This document shows, one piece after another, positions 1 to 12,138 of a stretch of DNA of 64,000 nucleotides. The position numbers were made by a program, and so were the translations under genes. The DNA comes from Octopus sinensis. Taxonomy: Eukaryota. Position 1 is the stretch's first letter. Each line of letters starts with the position of its first letter. The DNA lies in the NCBI RefSeq assembly GCF_006345805.1, contig NC_043003.1:92876001-92940000 (forward strand). Direction: 5' to 3'. Below the pieces are notes generated by a model. It was not told the origin of the DNA and did no database searches. It saw nothing but the letters and a program-made list of their open reading frames with translations.

Positions 1-114
1 TGTGTGTGTGTGTGTGTGTGTTTGTGTTTGTGTATATATATATATATATATATATACATAAACATATACATACATACATACACACACACACATATATATA
101 TATGTATACATACA

Positions 115-233
<119 letters not shown>

Positions 234-610
234 ATTAGAAGCATTACAAACCAAAGCTGTAGAATGAAGAATTGGATATATTTATATCATGGGTTCGAGT
301 TCTGGCTAAAGCCTTGATTCTGAGGAATCATTACTCACTAGTCCGATTTCTATTGGTCTGTTGTATATTTCAGTGTAATTCGGTGGTTTATTTGAGGATT
401 TAGTGTCCCTCTCCAGTAAGTAGGCGCATTATACGCCCTCTATTGTAATTATACGTAATTATAATTATATATTTTACTCTATAGCTATTGAACGCTATTA
501 TTACTTGTTACCACCTATACTTTTGTTATTATCTATTATTAAAATTTACCGCAGGCAATAATAACAATAAAAATATCTTTATGGATATTCATTTGAATAT
601 TTACCTCTTT

Positions 611-659
<49 letters not shown>

Positions 660-912
660 GATATAAATATATATATTTGTATGTGTGTGTGTATGTGTGT
701 GTGTCTTTGTGTCTGTGTTTGTCGCCCCACCATCGCTTGACAACCTATGCTGGTGTGTCTATGTCTGTAACTTGGCGGTTCGGAAATAAAGGCCGATAGA
801 ATAGGTACTAAGCTTACAAAGAATAAGTCCTGGGGTCGATTTCTTCGACTAAAAATACCCTTCAAGGCGGTACTTCAGCATGGCCGCAGTCAAATGAATG
901 AAACAAGTAAAA

Positions 913-954
<42 letters not shown>

Positions 955-971
955 TTTTACTTGTTTCATTC

Positions 972-1018
<47 letters not shown>

Positions 1019-1026
1019 ATATATAT

Positions 1027-1363
1027 AATTTTATAAAATTAAATTTAGGGTAAAAATTGATATTTATCAATTAGAACCAGTGGTCTAGCATATTAAAGAA
1101 AGAATCCGAAGATTAAAATATTTATATATACCAATTAAGGACTGCACACGAAAAGTGGACAGTCAACATGCTAGATATAGACGTCAAATCGCCATTCTCC
1201 ACAAAAAGTTTATGTTCTCAGATCAAACTCAACAAAACCAAAGCAATAAACAAGTGAAAAATATACGAAATAAATATTTGGCGCGATGAGTGTGTGTGTG
1301 TGCGTGTGTCTGTGTGTGTCTGTGTGTGTGTGTGTGTGTGCGCGCGTATGTATGTATGTGTGT

Positions 1364-1404
<41 letters not shown>

Positions 1405-1832
1405 CGTGCATTTTTATAGAGTGTGACATTCCTGAGTCTACTGAAGTTTGTCAGCATTTCGCAGGCACGTGGTTTCGGGTTAGGTTAGGTTTCTCATCGC
1501 GCCAAAAGTAAAGGCATTTGAAATATATATTTCAAATGTAATAGGCCGGACTCCATGCACGCGATATTTTGGTGTCGTGCTGGCATTTAGTCCAGCAAAT
1601 TACATTTTATATGGGACCACGCTGATGATGCTGCACTTTTCCTTGCGGAAAATAACAGCTGAAACTAAATTTAGTACATGGGTAAATATTTATTTCGTAT
1701 ATTTTTCACTTGTTTATTGCTTTGGTTTTGTTGAGTTTGATCTGAGAACATAAACTTTTTGTGGAGAATGGCGATCTGACGTCTATATCTAGCATGTTGA
1801 CTGTCCACTTTTCGTGTGCAGTCCTTAATTGG

Positions 1833-1836
<4 letters not shown>
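1027..1836. mobile_element. PLE-like non-autonomous element with inverted ~150-bp arms
   Basis: 1127-1279 is the reverse complement of 1684-1836 (one mismatch seen). It lies between (TA)n tracts and has a hammerhead next to the right arm. Confidence 0.55.
1616..1683 (+). ncRNA. Type I hammerhead ribozyme-like motif (PLE terminus)
   Basis: CTGATGA at 1622; stem II T-GCTG...CAGC-T; GAAA at 1661; stem III CTAA-AT-TTAG; GUA triplet; imperfect stem I ACCACG/CATGGG. Confidence 0.6.
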
Positions 1837-1880
<44 letters not shown>

Positions 1881-1968
1881 AGTTAGTCCAAACAAGAAAA
1901 CAAAAAAAAAACACAACAATGCGAGGACGTGGAACAAATATAGTATTATTGGGCGCTCAGGAAAGAAG

Positions 1969-2003
1969 GACGGTTTAACGTTTCGAGCGGAGCTCTTCGT
2001 CGG
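1969..2003 (-). ncRNA. Degenerate hammerhead-like motif
   Basis: Minus strand CCGACGA-A-GAGC-TCC-GCTC-GAAA-CG-TTAAAC-CG-TC. U4 is C and no stem I is visible. Confidence 0.35.
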
Positions 2004-2220
2004 AAACATAGGAGAAGGAAAGATCCAGAGAAGGGAAGACAGAGGGAAAAAAATCGCCAACGGTACACATGCGGTCACATGTAGGTATTTGAGAGCTAGA
2101 ACAGAAAATGCTTGTCCAAGGTGTCACGCAGGGAGTCCTAACCCGAAACCACGTGCCTGCGAAATGCTGACAAACTTCAGTAGACCCAGGAATGTCACAC
2201 TCTATAAAAATGCACGCACG

Positions 2221-2251
<31 letters not shown>

Positions 2252-2271
2252 ACACACACACATACATACAT

Positions 2272-2302
<31 letters not shown>

Positions 2303-3283
2303 GACACAGACATACACAGACACACGCACACACACACACTCACACAAACAAACAAGAAAAGAATGCAAATGAAAAAAATTATATTCAGTTCTATTTTTAT
2401 TGGGAATATATGTTTTTTTTTTCTTGAAGGAATACTACTTCAAATGAATTATTTTCCGATTACTAACATTGAGATTTAAGAGTTATTATCAAGAAAATCA
2501 ATTTCCGTTTCTAGAAAATACGCGTTCCTCATTACAGAAGTAATTTTCTTTTGTAATAATAATTGTGCATTCTTCGTTGTTAATAATTTTTTCTTTCACT
2601 CGTTTCAGGCATTGGACTGCGGTTATGTTAGAGGCATCGTCTTGAGGGGTTTAGTCGAACTAATCAATCCCTAGTAAGTACACGTAAGTCTGGTACTTGC
2701 AGTATTGGTCTATTTTGCCGAACCGCTAAGTTAAGGTGACACAAACAAACCATTACCGGTTGTCAAGTAGTGAAGGGAGGGACAGTGATACAAAGCCCGT
2801 ACACACGCATTCAAACATAAACATACAACACACACACACACAGATGACAGTTTTCATCAACCAAATTCACTCACAAGGCATTACAAGGCCCAGGGCTATA
2901 GTAGAAGACACTTGCCAAGGTCTAGCGTAGTGGTGCTGAAACCAAAACCATGTGGATGGATAGAAGCAAACTTCTTACCACACGGCTATGCCTGTAAGAT
3001 TTTTTGAAATTAAGGGCATCCGAAAAACTATCAGAAAGCCTATGACCATGACCAAGCGAATTTCCGTCTACATAAGTGCAAAACTGCAGCCTTGGAACAT
3101 CTATAAAAATCTTAAGACTTTCTTGAGACTTAAAGGACGATGAACAAAACAAGACGTTTTACTATACAACCTTACTACCAAGCAAGTAGCCGGTTAAAAT
3201 TAACTTTAAATTGATTTCAAGTCTTGGCACAAGGCCAGCAATTTTGATTGTTCTAGCTTCTTAGATTTTATCAATAAGAAATA

Positions 3284-3516
3284 CCTAGGAGAAACATCTA
3301 TGAAGCTGGCTACCCGCATGGTTCTTGGTTTCAAACATTTGTCTTACGAAGAAAGGCTGAAGACGCTCGACCTTTTTTCTCTTGAAAAACGACGACGCCG
3401 TGGTGATCTCATTCTCGCTCACAACATCATAAGCGGAAAGTGTAACCCCTCGAAAGAGCTGTTCTTCACTCCTGCTCCAGAGCGTGGGCTGCGGGGTCAC
3501 TCCGAAAAGCTCTATC
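3284..3516 (+). mobile_element. CR1 LINE ORF2 C-terminal fragment
   Basis: ATRMVLGFKHLSYEERLKTLDLFSLEKRRRRGDLI...RGHSEKL. Confidence 0.9.
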
Positions 3517-3566
3517 TATTATCTTAAGCATAAACAAGTGTTACTTTTTATGAAAATGGATTAACA

Positions 3567-3870
3567 CTCTAAGATAATAAAGTTGCCAAAATGTAAACTA
3601 AAAGAATTACTTATCACTTTTGTCTGTAAGCATTTCTCTTCAAACGACGTGTGTCCAACGTATTACCTCAGCGGGATACCAACCTGTCTGTCGGTCTGCT
3701 CGTAAACTTAATGTTAGCCGTTCTTGATTCCTTTCACAGTCACTTAATCAGTCATAAATAGATGCTAGAACAGAGGAAGAATTTATTCACCTGCACCCTT
3801 ACACACACAGACACACATCTTCATTCATTTGGTGTATAAGTAGAAATAATTATAACTAAATAAAAACATA
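3567..3870 (+). repeat. Local duplication of 9213-9580
   Basis: About 300 bp of otherwise unique sequence, roughly 90% identical by eye, 5.6 kb apart. Confidence 0.85.
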
Positions 3871-4021
3871 CGCACATATACTTACATAGATACATGCATG
3901 CATGCATAAATACATACATGCATGCATGCATATATACATACATACATGCATGCATACATACATACATATATACATATCTCTTTCTCTCTCCTCTCTCTCT
4001 CTCTCTCTGTATAAATATATA

Positions 4022-4113
<92 letters not shown>

Positions 4114-4232
4114 CAATAAGGACAACTACTTAATAAGGAAAACTTAACAAGAAATTGTCAGGTAGATAGCGTAAAACCTCATAGAGAAAAAATTTCGAAA
4201 ATAATTATTTCTTATTGAACATATTAATTTAT

Positions 4233-4425
4233 TATAGAGGGCATAATTATACATACATGCCAGGAGGCATTATTATACTTGCCAACGCTAAGAGGGACAA
4301 TCAGTCATTTCTCTACCAAAAATATTACTAATAGTAATATTTTGGTAGAAATGACTGATTGTTCCTCTTAGCGTTTGCAATATATATATGCCTCCTGGCA
4401 TGTATGTATAATTATGCCCTCTATA
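4233..4425. repeat. Near-perfect palindrome, ~95-bp arms, 3-nt loop
   Basis: Centre TATTACT-AAT-AGTAATA at about 4330. Confidence 0.9.
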
Positions 4426-4464
4426 TATAAATATTATATATATATATATATTATATATATATAT

Positions 4465-4513
<49 letters not shown>

Positions 4514-4629
4514 TGGTACAAGATGTCACCAACTGTGTAAGAATATAAAGCAGGACAGTGGAATGATCCCCCATGTTTGTTTTTGTTCGGTTTCCTTATA
4601 TGTCTCCATTGTCTTGTTGTGTTGCCAAC

Positions 4630-4872
4630 TTTGACCCTCCATAAATCAAAATATTATTTTAGAATCTATAGGGGCAACTGTCTTCGAAGACTCATATTAT
4701 CGTAGAATGCACGAAATGAGGACTTGATAGACAGCCGACAACTGATGAAGGGTTGTTCTCTGTTACTTGTCCTGTTTTACATTTTTTCTCTCTTGTTGCT
4801 TGCGTATTTAACTTGTTTGTTTTCATACTTCATGCTGTTTACACAATTGCCGACGTCCTGTACCCATATATG
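4630..4872 (+). repeat. Unclassified interspersed repeat
   Basis: Direct copy at about 7388-7625; related copy on the minus strand at about 26655-26860. Confidence 0.7.
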
Positions 4873-4931
4873 CACCACCCCCTACATACACAACCACACA
4901 CACACACACACACACACATATATTGTCTAAA

Positions 4932-5025
4932 TTATTAAATTGAACACCACGCATTCATTTGCAAGTAAGTTTATATATAAATATACTTACTTGCAAATGA
5001 ATGCGTGGCGTTCAATTAAATAATA
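4932..5025. repeat. Palindrome, ~38-bp arms
   Basis: TTGAACACCACGCATTCATTTGCAAGTAAGT followed by its reverse complement. Confidence 0.85.
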
Positions 5026-5242
5026 ATATAAATAATATATATACTTAGCGGTTCGGCAAAAGAGACCGATAGAATAAGTACTGGGCTTACAAAAGAATAA
5101 GTCCCGGGGTCGAGTTGCTCGATTAAAGGCGGTGCTCCAGCATGGCCGCAGTCAAATGACTGAAACAAGTAAAAGAGTAAAGAGAGAGAGAGTATATATA
5201 TATATATATAAACAGGAAAAAAGCAACAAGAATGGATTAGTT

Positions 5243-5333
5243 GTTCAGTACAATTGTTTCATACGAAGAACAGATTTATTTAAAGCTGCAAATGACAAGT
5301 AAATACAAGTGTCCCGTATTCATCAGCCAAAAC
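5243..5333 (-). ncRNA. Type I hammerhead ribozyme-like motif
   Basis: Minus strand GTTTTGG-CTGATGA-ATACG...CGTAT-GAAA-CAATTG-TA-CTGAAC; palindromic stem III. Confidence 0.7.
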
Positions 5334-6617
5334 ACATATGAGTTTTACAAACATCCTAGGGAGTGAGGCTACACTCATGAAGGGTAGGTTGCCAATTCTG
5401 CTCCATGGAGACATGAAATTTTAAAGCATAGAAAAAATAAAATTTATTAAATAACCGTATTGAATTAGGTCAGTCGTGTATTCACTCAAAAATCAAGACT
5501 CTTAAATATTTTAAATAAAAATCGTATAGAATAACAGTATAGAGTTAGGTCTATCTTGTATTTACTAAAAAAGCAAAACTCTTATATATTTTAAATAGAA
5601 ATCTGTGAGCTCTTCCACAGGTGTTCTTTCTTTCTAACTGTACCTGTTTAAAACACAAAAAACAAATAGTATTCGTACGATGCCAAGTTTTAATTGACTA
5701 TATAGTCATTTTAATTAACCTAACCTAAATTAAATAAATTGCTAATACTTCCTAATTCTATTCTAAATTTAATAGGTAATACTACTCCCTTAATAATAAT
5801 ATAAAGAATTTTCACTATATTTTGAATAAGCAAAACTCTCACACCTTTTACTATAGAAATTATCTGACCTCTAGGTTTTGACCTAAATTCTGTCTTACAA
5901 TATATAAACATTAGTAAAAATAGAAACAGTAATAAATAAATAACCTTCTGTTCTAGTGTTGCCCTTAAATTTCTTACTGTATCTTCCTCTATTGATAGCC
6001 TTTGACCCCTTTAACTCTTTCCTTTGATCTCTTTATATTCTTTATCCTGTAGGAGTGGCAGTTAATAGCTGTTTGCTGGTCAAAAATAATGTCCCTTATA
6101 AATCTTAAATTCCTGCAACACTGACCCAGATTTTCTGTCACCACATAAATAAACTAACCTTTGTAGATAGTGTACTTACGCCGTCTTATTCCCCTACCCC
6201 TCCCTCCCATAATGTCCTTATTTGGGCGGCTTCTGCATCACTGACTTCTTTTGCGACTTCTTTTAGCCACTATAGCCAATCTCTTCTTCCAACAACTTAG
6301 TTTGTGAAATGAATAGATGTGTGATCAACATCTTTTCCTCATATATCAGGAAATTACATCTGCATTATTATGGATACATTCATCTTCTCTGTGAATAAAA
6401 TCTTTCCTCATATCTCCGGAAATTACACCTGCATTATTACGGATGGATTTACCTTTTCTGAGAAGCTAACAATCTTTTTAAAAACCTTTTATAAAACTGT
6501 GCGTCATTAGAAAACATTTTAAGTCTGCTTACAACCTAACTTTGCTTTTCATAGAACTCTCTTTGATACTTCATGAGTGTAGCCTCACTCCCTAGGATGT
6601 TTGGAAAACTCATATGT

Positions 6618-6709
6618 GTTTTGGCTGATGAATACGGGACACTTGTATTTACTGCAATATTTGCAGCTTTAAATAAATATGTTCTTCGTATGAAACAATC
6701 GTACTGAAC
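6618..6709 (+). ncRNA. Type I hammerhead ribozyme-like motif (inverted partner of 5243-5333)
   Basis: CTGATGA at 6625, ATACG...CGTAT, GAAA at 6692, CAATCG-TA, CTGAAC. Confidence 0.65.
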
Positions 6710-6905
6710 AACTAATCCATTCTTGTTGCTTTTTTCCTGTTTATAATCACCCCACATTATTTTATGGTTAATACCATAAAGATTTCTGGTGCATCTAAGT
6801 TAAGTACCGCATTCATTTGAATTCATTGGAATTCATTTGAATCCTAATTGTTTTACTGATATATATATAATATATATATTATATATATATATATATATAA
6901 TATAT

Positions 6906-6938
<33 letters not shown>

Positions 6939-7626
6939 TGTGTGTGGTGTGTGTGGTGTGTGGTTGAAAAGGAACATGCGAGTTGATATATATGGAAAAA
7001 ATGTCAAGTAGAAAATGCTAAAGTAATTTTATAAAAAACATTTCAGTACCGGTTTCATTAATTGAGACTTTTTTAACTGTAAGTATGGAAAACAATTAAA
7101 TTTTGGAAAAATTAAAAGAAAAGTATTTGAAAAGAATATTTGCATAGTATTCGAATACAAGGAGTATTTTCCTTGTTTCTGCCTGTTTCTGTCTCTCTTG
7201 TTTAATCTTGTGGGTTCGAGGTCGTTGTGAATTCTTGGCAGAGAAGAATAAGAAGAAGGAGGAGGAGGAGAGGAGGAGGAGTGGAAGAATGCGGGAGTGT
7301 TATGATAGTAGTAGGATGTGGAAACATACAAAGCAACCTAACGAAAACAAACATGGAGGATCGGTCCACTGTCCTGGTTTTGTTCCAGACCCTCCATAAA
7401 TTCAATATTTTATTTTGGAATTTATGGGAGCAACTGTCTTCGAAGATTCATATTGTCGTTGAATTCTCGAAATGAGGAGTAGATAGACAGCCGACAACTG
7501 ATGAAGGGTCGTTCTCCTTATTACTTGTCCTGTTTTCTATTTCTTTCTCTTATTTGCGTATTTAACTCATTTGTTTTCGTACTTCATGTTGTTTACACAG
7601 TTGGTGACGTCCTATAGCCATATATG

Positions 7627-7735
<109 letters not shown>

Positions 7736-7744
7736 TACCATATA

Positions 7745-7817
<73 letters not shown>

Positions 7818-7839
7818 AATATATATATATACACATATA

Positions 7840-7881
<42 letters not shown>

Positions 7882-8047
7882 CTATATATATATATGTAAG
7901 TAGCTTGCTTACCAACCACATGGTACCGGGTTCAGTCCTACTGTTCAGTCCCCTTGGGCAAGTGTCTTCTGCTCTTCTGCTATAGCCTCGGGCCAACCAA
8001 AGCCTTGTGAGCGGATTTGGTAGACGGAAACTGAAAGAAGCCCGTCG

Positions 8048-8107
<60 letters not shown>

Positions 8108-8525
8108 GCATGTGTGTGTTTGTGTGTTCCCTCACAATCGCTTGACAACCAATATTGGTGTGTTTATGTCCCCGTAACTTAGTTGTTCGGCAAAAATGAC
8201 TTATAAAATAAATATCAGGCCGAAGAAAAAGTAAATACTGGAGTTCGATTAAACTCTTTAAGACGGTGTTCCAGCTTGGCCACAGTCCAAGTAAAAGGAT
8301 AAAAGATAGAAGATTCAAAGAAAATCAGTTTCTGGCGCACAAGATAATTTCCGATGCTATTTTTCAGGAATACCATTTTCCCATATTCAGATCTTCCCAT
8401 TTTAAAAATAACCGAAACTGTTATATGTATCTAATATCGGAATCATATTAAATACAGTATTTAATTTTTTTTTTTAATTATTGTTTCTAAAACTTACCTT
8501 TAACCTTCCATGATTCAGATTCCGT

Positions 8526-8923
8526 CTAATGATTACTTTTCGAGACATTTTCATAATAATTTCCATTAATTTTTCCGATTACAACTTTGATGATACAATG
8601 TTTGCCACAGGATGCAGTCCGAACCAATTTTCCTAAATAACGGCCCCCTGAATTACTGTTTGCGAAAGCTACTCGTGCTTGCTGCAGTAACATCTTAGTG
8701 TCTGGGTCCTGCTCGAAATTATTTCCATAGTAATTCCCCTGGTGAACAAAGTCCCTTGAAAATTTCATCATATCTTTGAGTTTGTTATTTAGCATTTGTC
8801 TAACATAGTCACCATAACCTCTATAACTATTTTGTACGTTATAGGGCCAGCTCGATGTAAAAGGTCGGGGATCATCCATTCCAAAATCCATAAAAGTTTC
8901 AGGCCATGGATTTTCATAACAAT
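8526..8923 (-). CDS. Main coding exon of the same secreted protein (total about 156 aa)
   Basis: Acceptor cttcttttcgcag|AT is phase 1 and compatible with the 11755 donor, giving ...IIV-D-CYENPWPETFMDFGMDD...VSKSNH*. VDC|YE fits a signal peptidase site. Non-repetitive 131-codon frame. The exon continues to the donor AAG|GTAAGT after 8498. Confidence 0.72.
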
Positions 8924-9009
8924 CTGCGAAAAGAAGCAACATATATACATCAGCCAGATAATTATACATAGATATATACAAGATTTACACAAATATAAGA
9001 GTTAGAACT

Positions 9010-9212
9010 TGTGATCCGCCCGCGGACCTTTTTCTTTGGAAATTTTTGCCCGCCGCACTAAAAAGTCCCCCACCCCTGAGCTAAAGCAAAAGTTTCTCAT
9101 AGGCCCTTAAAATTGTATTGTGGATCCCCAATTTACTAATTCATTGTGTGCATCCTCGGAAATCTTATATGGATACTCAAGGGCCATATGGACCCCGGTT
9201 GAAAACCATTGT
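9010..9212. mobile_element. Adjacent degenerate hAT-like MITE fragments (intronic)
   Basis: Ends CCCCACCCCTG and GGTTGAAAACCATTG, each followed by a CTAAA-containing target. Confidence 0.5.
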
Positions 9213-9466
9213 TCTAAAATAATAATGTTGCCAAAATGTAAGCTAAAAGGATTACTTATCACTTTTATCTGTAAGCATTTCACTTCAAAGGACGTGTGTC
9301 CAACTTATTACCTCAGCGGGATACCAACCTGTCCGTCAGTCTGCTCGTAAACTTGATGTTAGCTGTTCTTGATTCCTTTCACAGCCATTTAATCAGTCAT
9401 TAATTGATGCTAGCACAGGGGAAGAATTTATTCACCTGCACCCTTACACACGCACGCCCCTGCGCA

Positions 9467-9537
<71 letters not shown>

Positions 9538-9655
9538 GTTTATTCATTTGGTGTATAAGTAGAAATAATTATAACTAAATATATGCTTAACATACATACA
9601 TACACACACATACATACGAACATACATACAAACACACATACATCCGTACATGCAT

Positions 9656-9745
<90 letters not shown>

Positions 9746-10472
9746 TACATATATAGATATAGACTTATGCACACACGTGTTAATATACATACTATTGACG
9801 ATTCCTTTCACTTCTTAGCATTAGGTTAAATCACCAGATTTCAGACCCATGCAGTCATTATACATATATACATATTCTTTTATTTCACACTAATATACAT
9901 ACATCTGTATTTATTTACATATATCTATCTAAAGAGACTCTCATTTTTTGCTCTCATCAATTTGCATCTCTCCATGTCACTTTACCAGCCATTTTCGACT
10001 TACGCTATAACATTCCCCCCCACGTAAGCAGGTCCTTTCTATAGACACTTCCTCTTTACCTAAACAACTGTACCTAACAAATCAGTAATTATGGGATCGC
10101 ACAATTTAGGTGTACAACAATATAAATAATATCATTTAGATATACCGATAATGATACTGAGACATTATAATAGCATTTTTTAATAAAAAAACAGATTGGC
10201 ATAACTAAATGATCTTAGATATATACAAATTATTGCAAAGATTATATAATTCAGGTAAGCAACATTACAATCTTAGAAGTAGAAGTAATCATCAAACTAT
10301 AAGTACATTTTTGAGTAAATAAAGAATTGATATAACATTAAACATTATATACTTTTTATATTCTTTCCAAATAACAGAAATGAGCTTTTAAGCCTATGGT
10401 TACAAGTTAAAATAATCTCTGACTATTTGTTGGTTATTTTATCATTAGATAATATCATTTCAAGTGTCTCTT

Positions 10473-10651
10473 TCAGCAGGGGTTACATGCTTTTGAGTAT
10501 GCGTTATATGGTTTTGTACTGTCTAAGTTGTGCTGTATTGTATTTTTTCCGTTTGAGGTCTCACATGAGGTCTGCCAGTGATGTGCATTGCCTTCTACAG
10601 CTGTTCCAAAATGATACTGCATGGTTCCTCCAGCATTTCTTAAAGGTGTCG
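10473..10651 (-). CDS. Possible alternative or cassette exon of the same gene
   Basis: catacatag|CG is phase 1 and would give IIV-A-TPLRNAGGTMQYHFG...ACNPC*. The polypyrimidine tract is poor. Confidence 0.25.
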
Positions 10652-11163
10652 CTATGTATGTGTATATAGGTGCACTTATTTTTATAGTGCATTTATATAA
10701 TGTTTCTATGTAAATACTCAATCGTCAAATGACTTTTTATATATACATATAATACACACACACACATTCACTCACACACGCACATATACACACACATGTA
10801 TTTATGTATGTATACTTGTTTTACAATACATTTATACCATTTATACATAAGTTTCTTTAGCAATTGAGTATTTACATTGAAGCATTACATATAAATATAC
10901 TGTAAAAACAAATGCGCATGTATATATATGTTACAAAAAGAAAATATAAAATAGACCTGACACCGTGTATTAGCCGGTGTATACAAAGCAATGAAACCAT
11001 GGTATGCTTTGCTTTCTGACTTTATAATCATCTCATAATAATGACTTTTATGACTTTTATTATTACCTCAGTCCATCTAAATGTATATATCTGTCGTTGC
11101 CTTTCATAAAAAGCCTTTTTTTATTTACAATGTGCATTTTCGTTGATTTTTCATATTTTACCC

Positions 11164-11235
<72 letters not shown>

Positions 11236-11754
11236 GGGCTCAACTCGGGACACCTTCAAGAACCACTGGGGGAACAATGCAGCATATTTTCTTTTGTCAC
11301 TTATCTCACATCCAATTAAATGAGAATATTGACCACAGACATTGATGTCTATCAAAATCATAGCATTTCTTGAAATTTCAAGTTCCATGTAAATACAAGA
11401 CAGAAACATTTTATTGCTGATCTGAAGATATTTAAAGGAATTAACAGTAGATGTATTCATGTGAAAAAAAAAAGTTATTTTGTGCGATGTAACCTCACAC
11501 TTAGATTCTCTCAAAAAAATCCAACAAACATTTCATGTAAAAAATGTTTTGTTTAATGCTTGCTTGGGTTGTTGAACTCTATAGTGAAAAAGGAATCAAT
11601 ACAACTCTGGTAAATGTTTAAGATTTACATCTTAGATATTACATAATTTATGTTAATTTATGTCACTAACTGTTATGTAGGTCACGCAAGAAAAGCGTGT
11701 ATGAGAAATATGTGGAAATATTACGGAGTAGATTCCATAGTTTATATAACTTAC

Positions 11755-11827
11755 CTACGATTATGTCCGAACCAAAAAGCAGGACAATGATGATTGTAAC
11801 AAAAGAAGGTATTCTTAACACAGCCAT
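11755..11827 (-). CDS. First coding exon (signal peptide) of an uncharacterised secreted protein
   Basis: Minus strand reads tttatttgcag|tatcatcaATG..., encodes MAVLRIPSFVTIIIVLLFGSDIIV+G (73 nt, phase 1) and ends at the donor TAG|GTAAGT. Basic N-terminus plus hydrophobic core. The acceptor before 11835 implies an upstream non-coding exon. Confidence 0.75.
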
Positions 11828-12138
11828 TGATGATACTGCAAATAAATTCACATGGGATTTAGATGGTTATACGGTTGTTTTTTTTCTTATAAAATGTTCT
11901 ATAGATGTAATGAGTCGCAGAATATAAAAGAAAAACAATAAAAGAAAACAAATTTATTCACTGGAGGACCAAGTGTTCAGTAATTATCACTAACTCTTAT
12001 TTTAACAATTATATAATTTTTTTTTTTACTTAACAACATGGACACAATCTGAAATTCAATAAATCTAGATCGAAAGAACTTGGAATTCGCTAAAGAATAA
12101 AACAAGACAAATATATTAACATATTAATATCAGGACTT

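Larger units (their letters stand above)
5209..6744. mobile_element. PLE-like element with inverted ~170-bp hammerhead-bearing termini
   Basis: 5209-5382 is the reverse complement of 6569-6744. Internal short tandem duplications (about 5465/5545 and 6335/6405); no intact ORF. Confidence 0.6.

Noticed and set aside
4735-4760. CTGATGA at 4742 and 7498 (CTGAAGA near 26800 minus) as hammerheads
   Set aside because: No downstream stem II-GAAA, and the upstream GAAAC is too close for a permuted fold.
8526-8923. Reflectin identity, suggested by M/Y/D/N/G richness
   Set aside because: No repeated reflectin MD(x)5MD motif, and a signal peptide is present.
8924-8981. Listed start MYISMYNY... of the 151-aa ORF
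   Set aside because: It lies upstream of a clear splice acceptor and is intronic read-through.
11164-11514. 116-aa minus-strand ORF inside the gene's intron
   Set aside because: No convincing splice sites or motifs, and it ends in a (CA)n tract.
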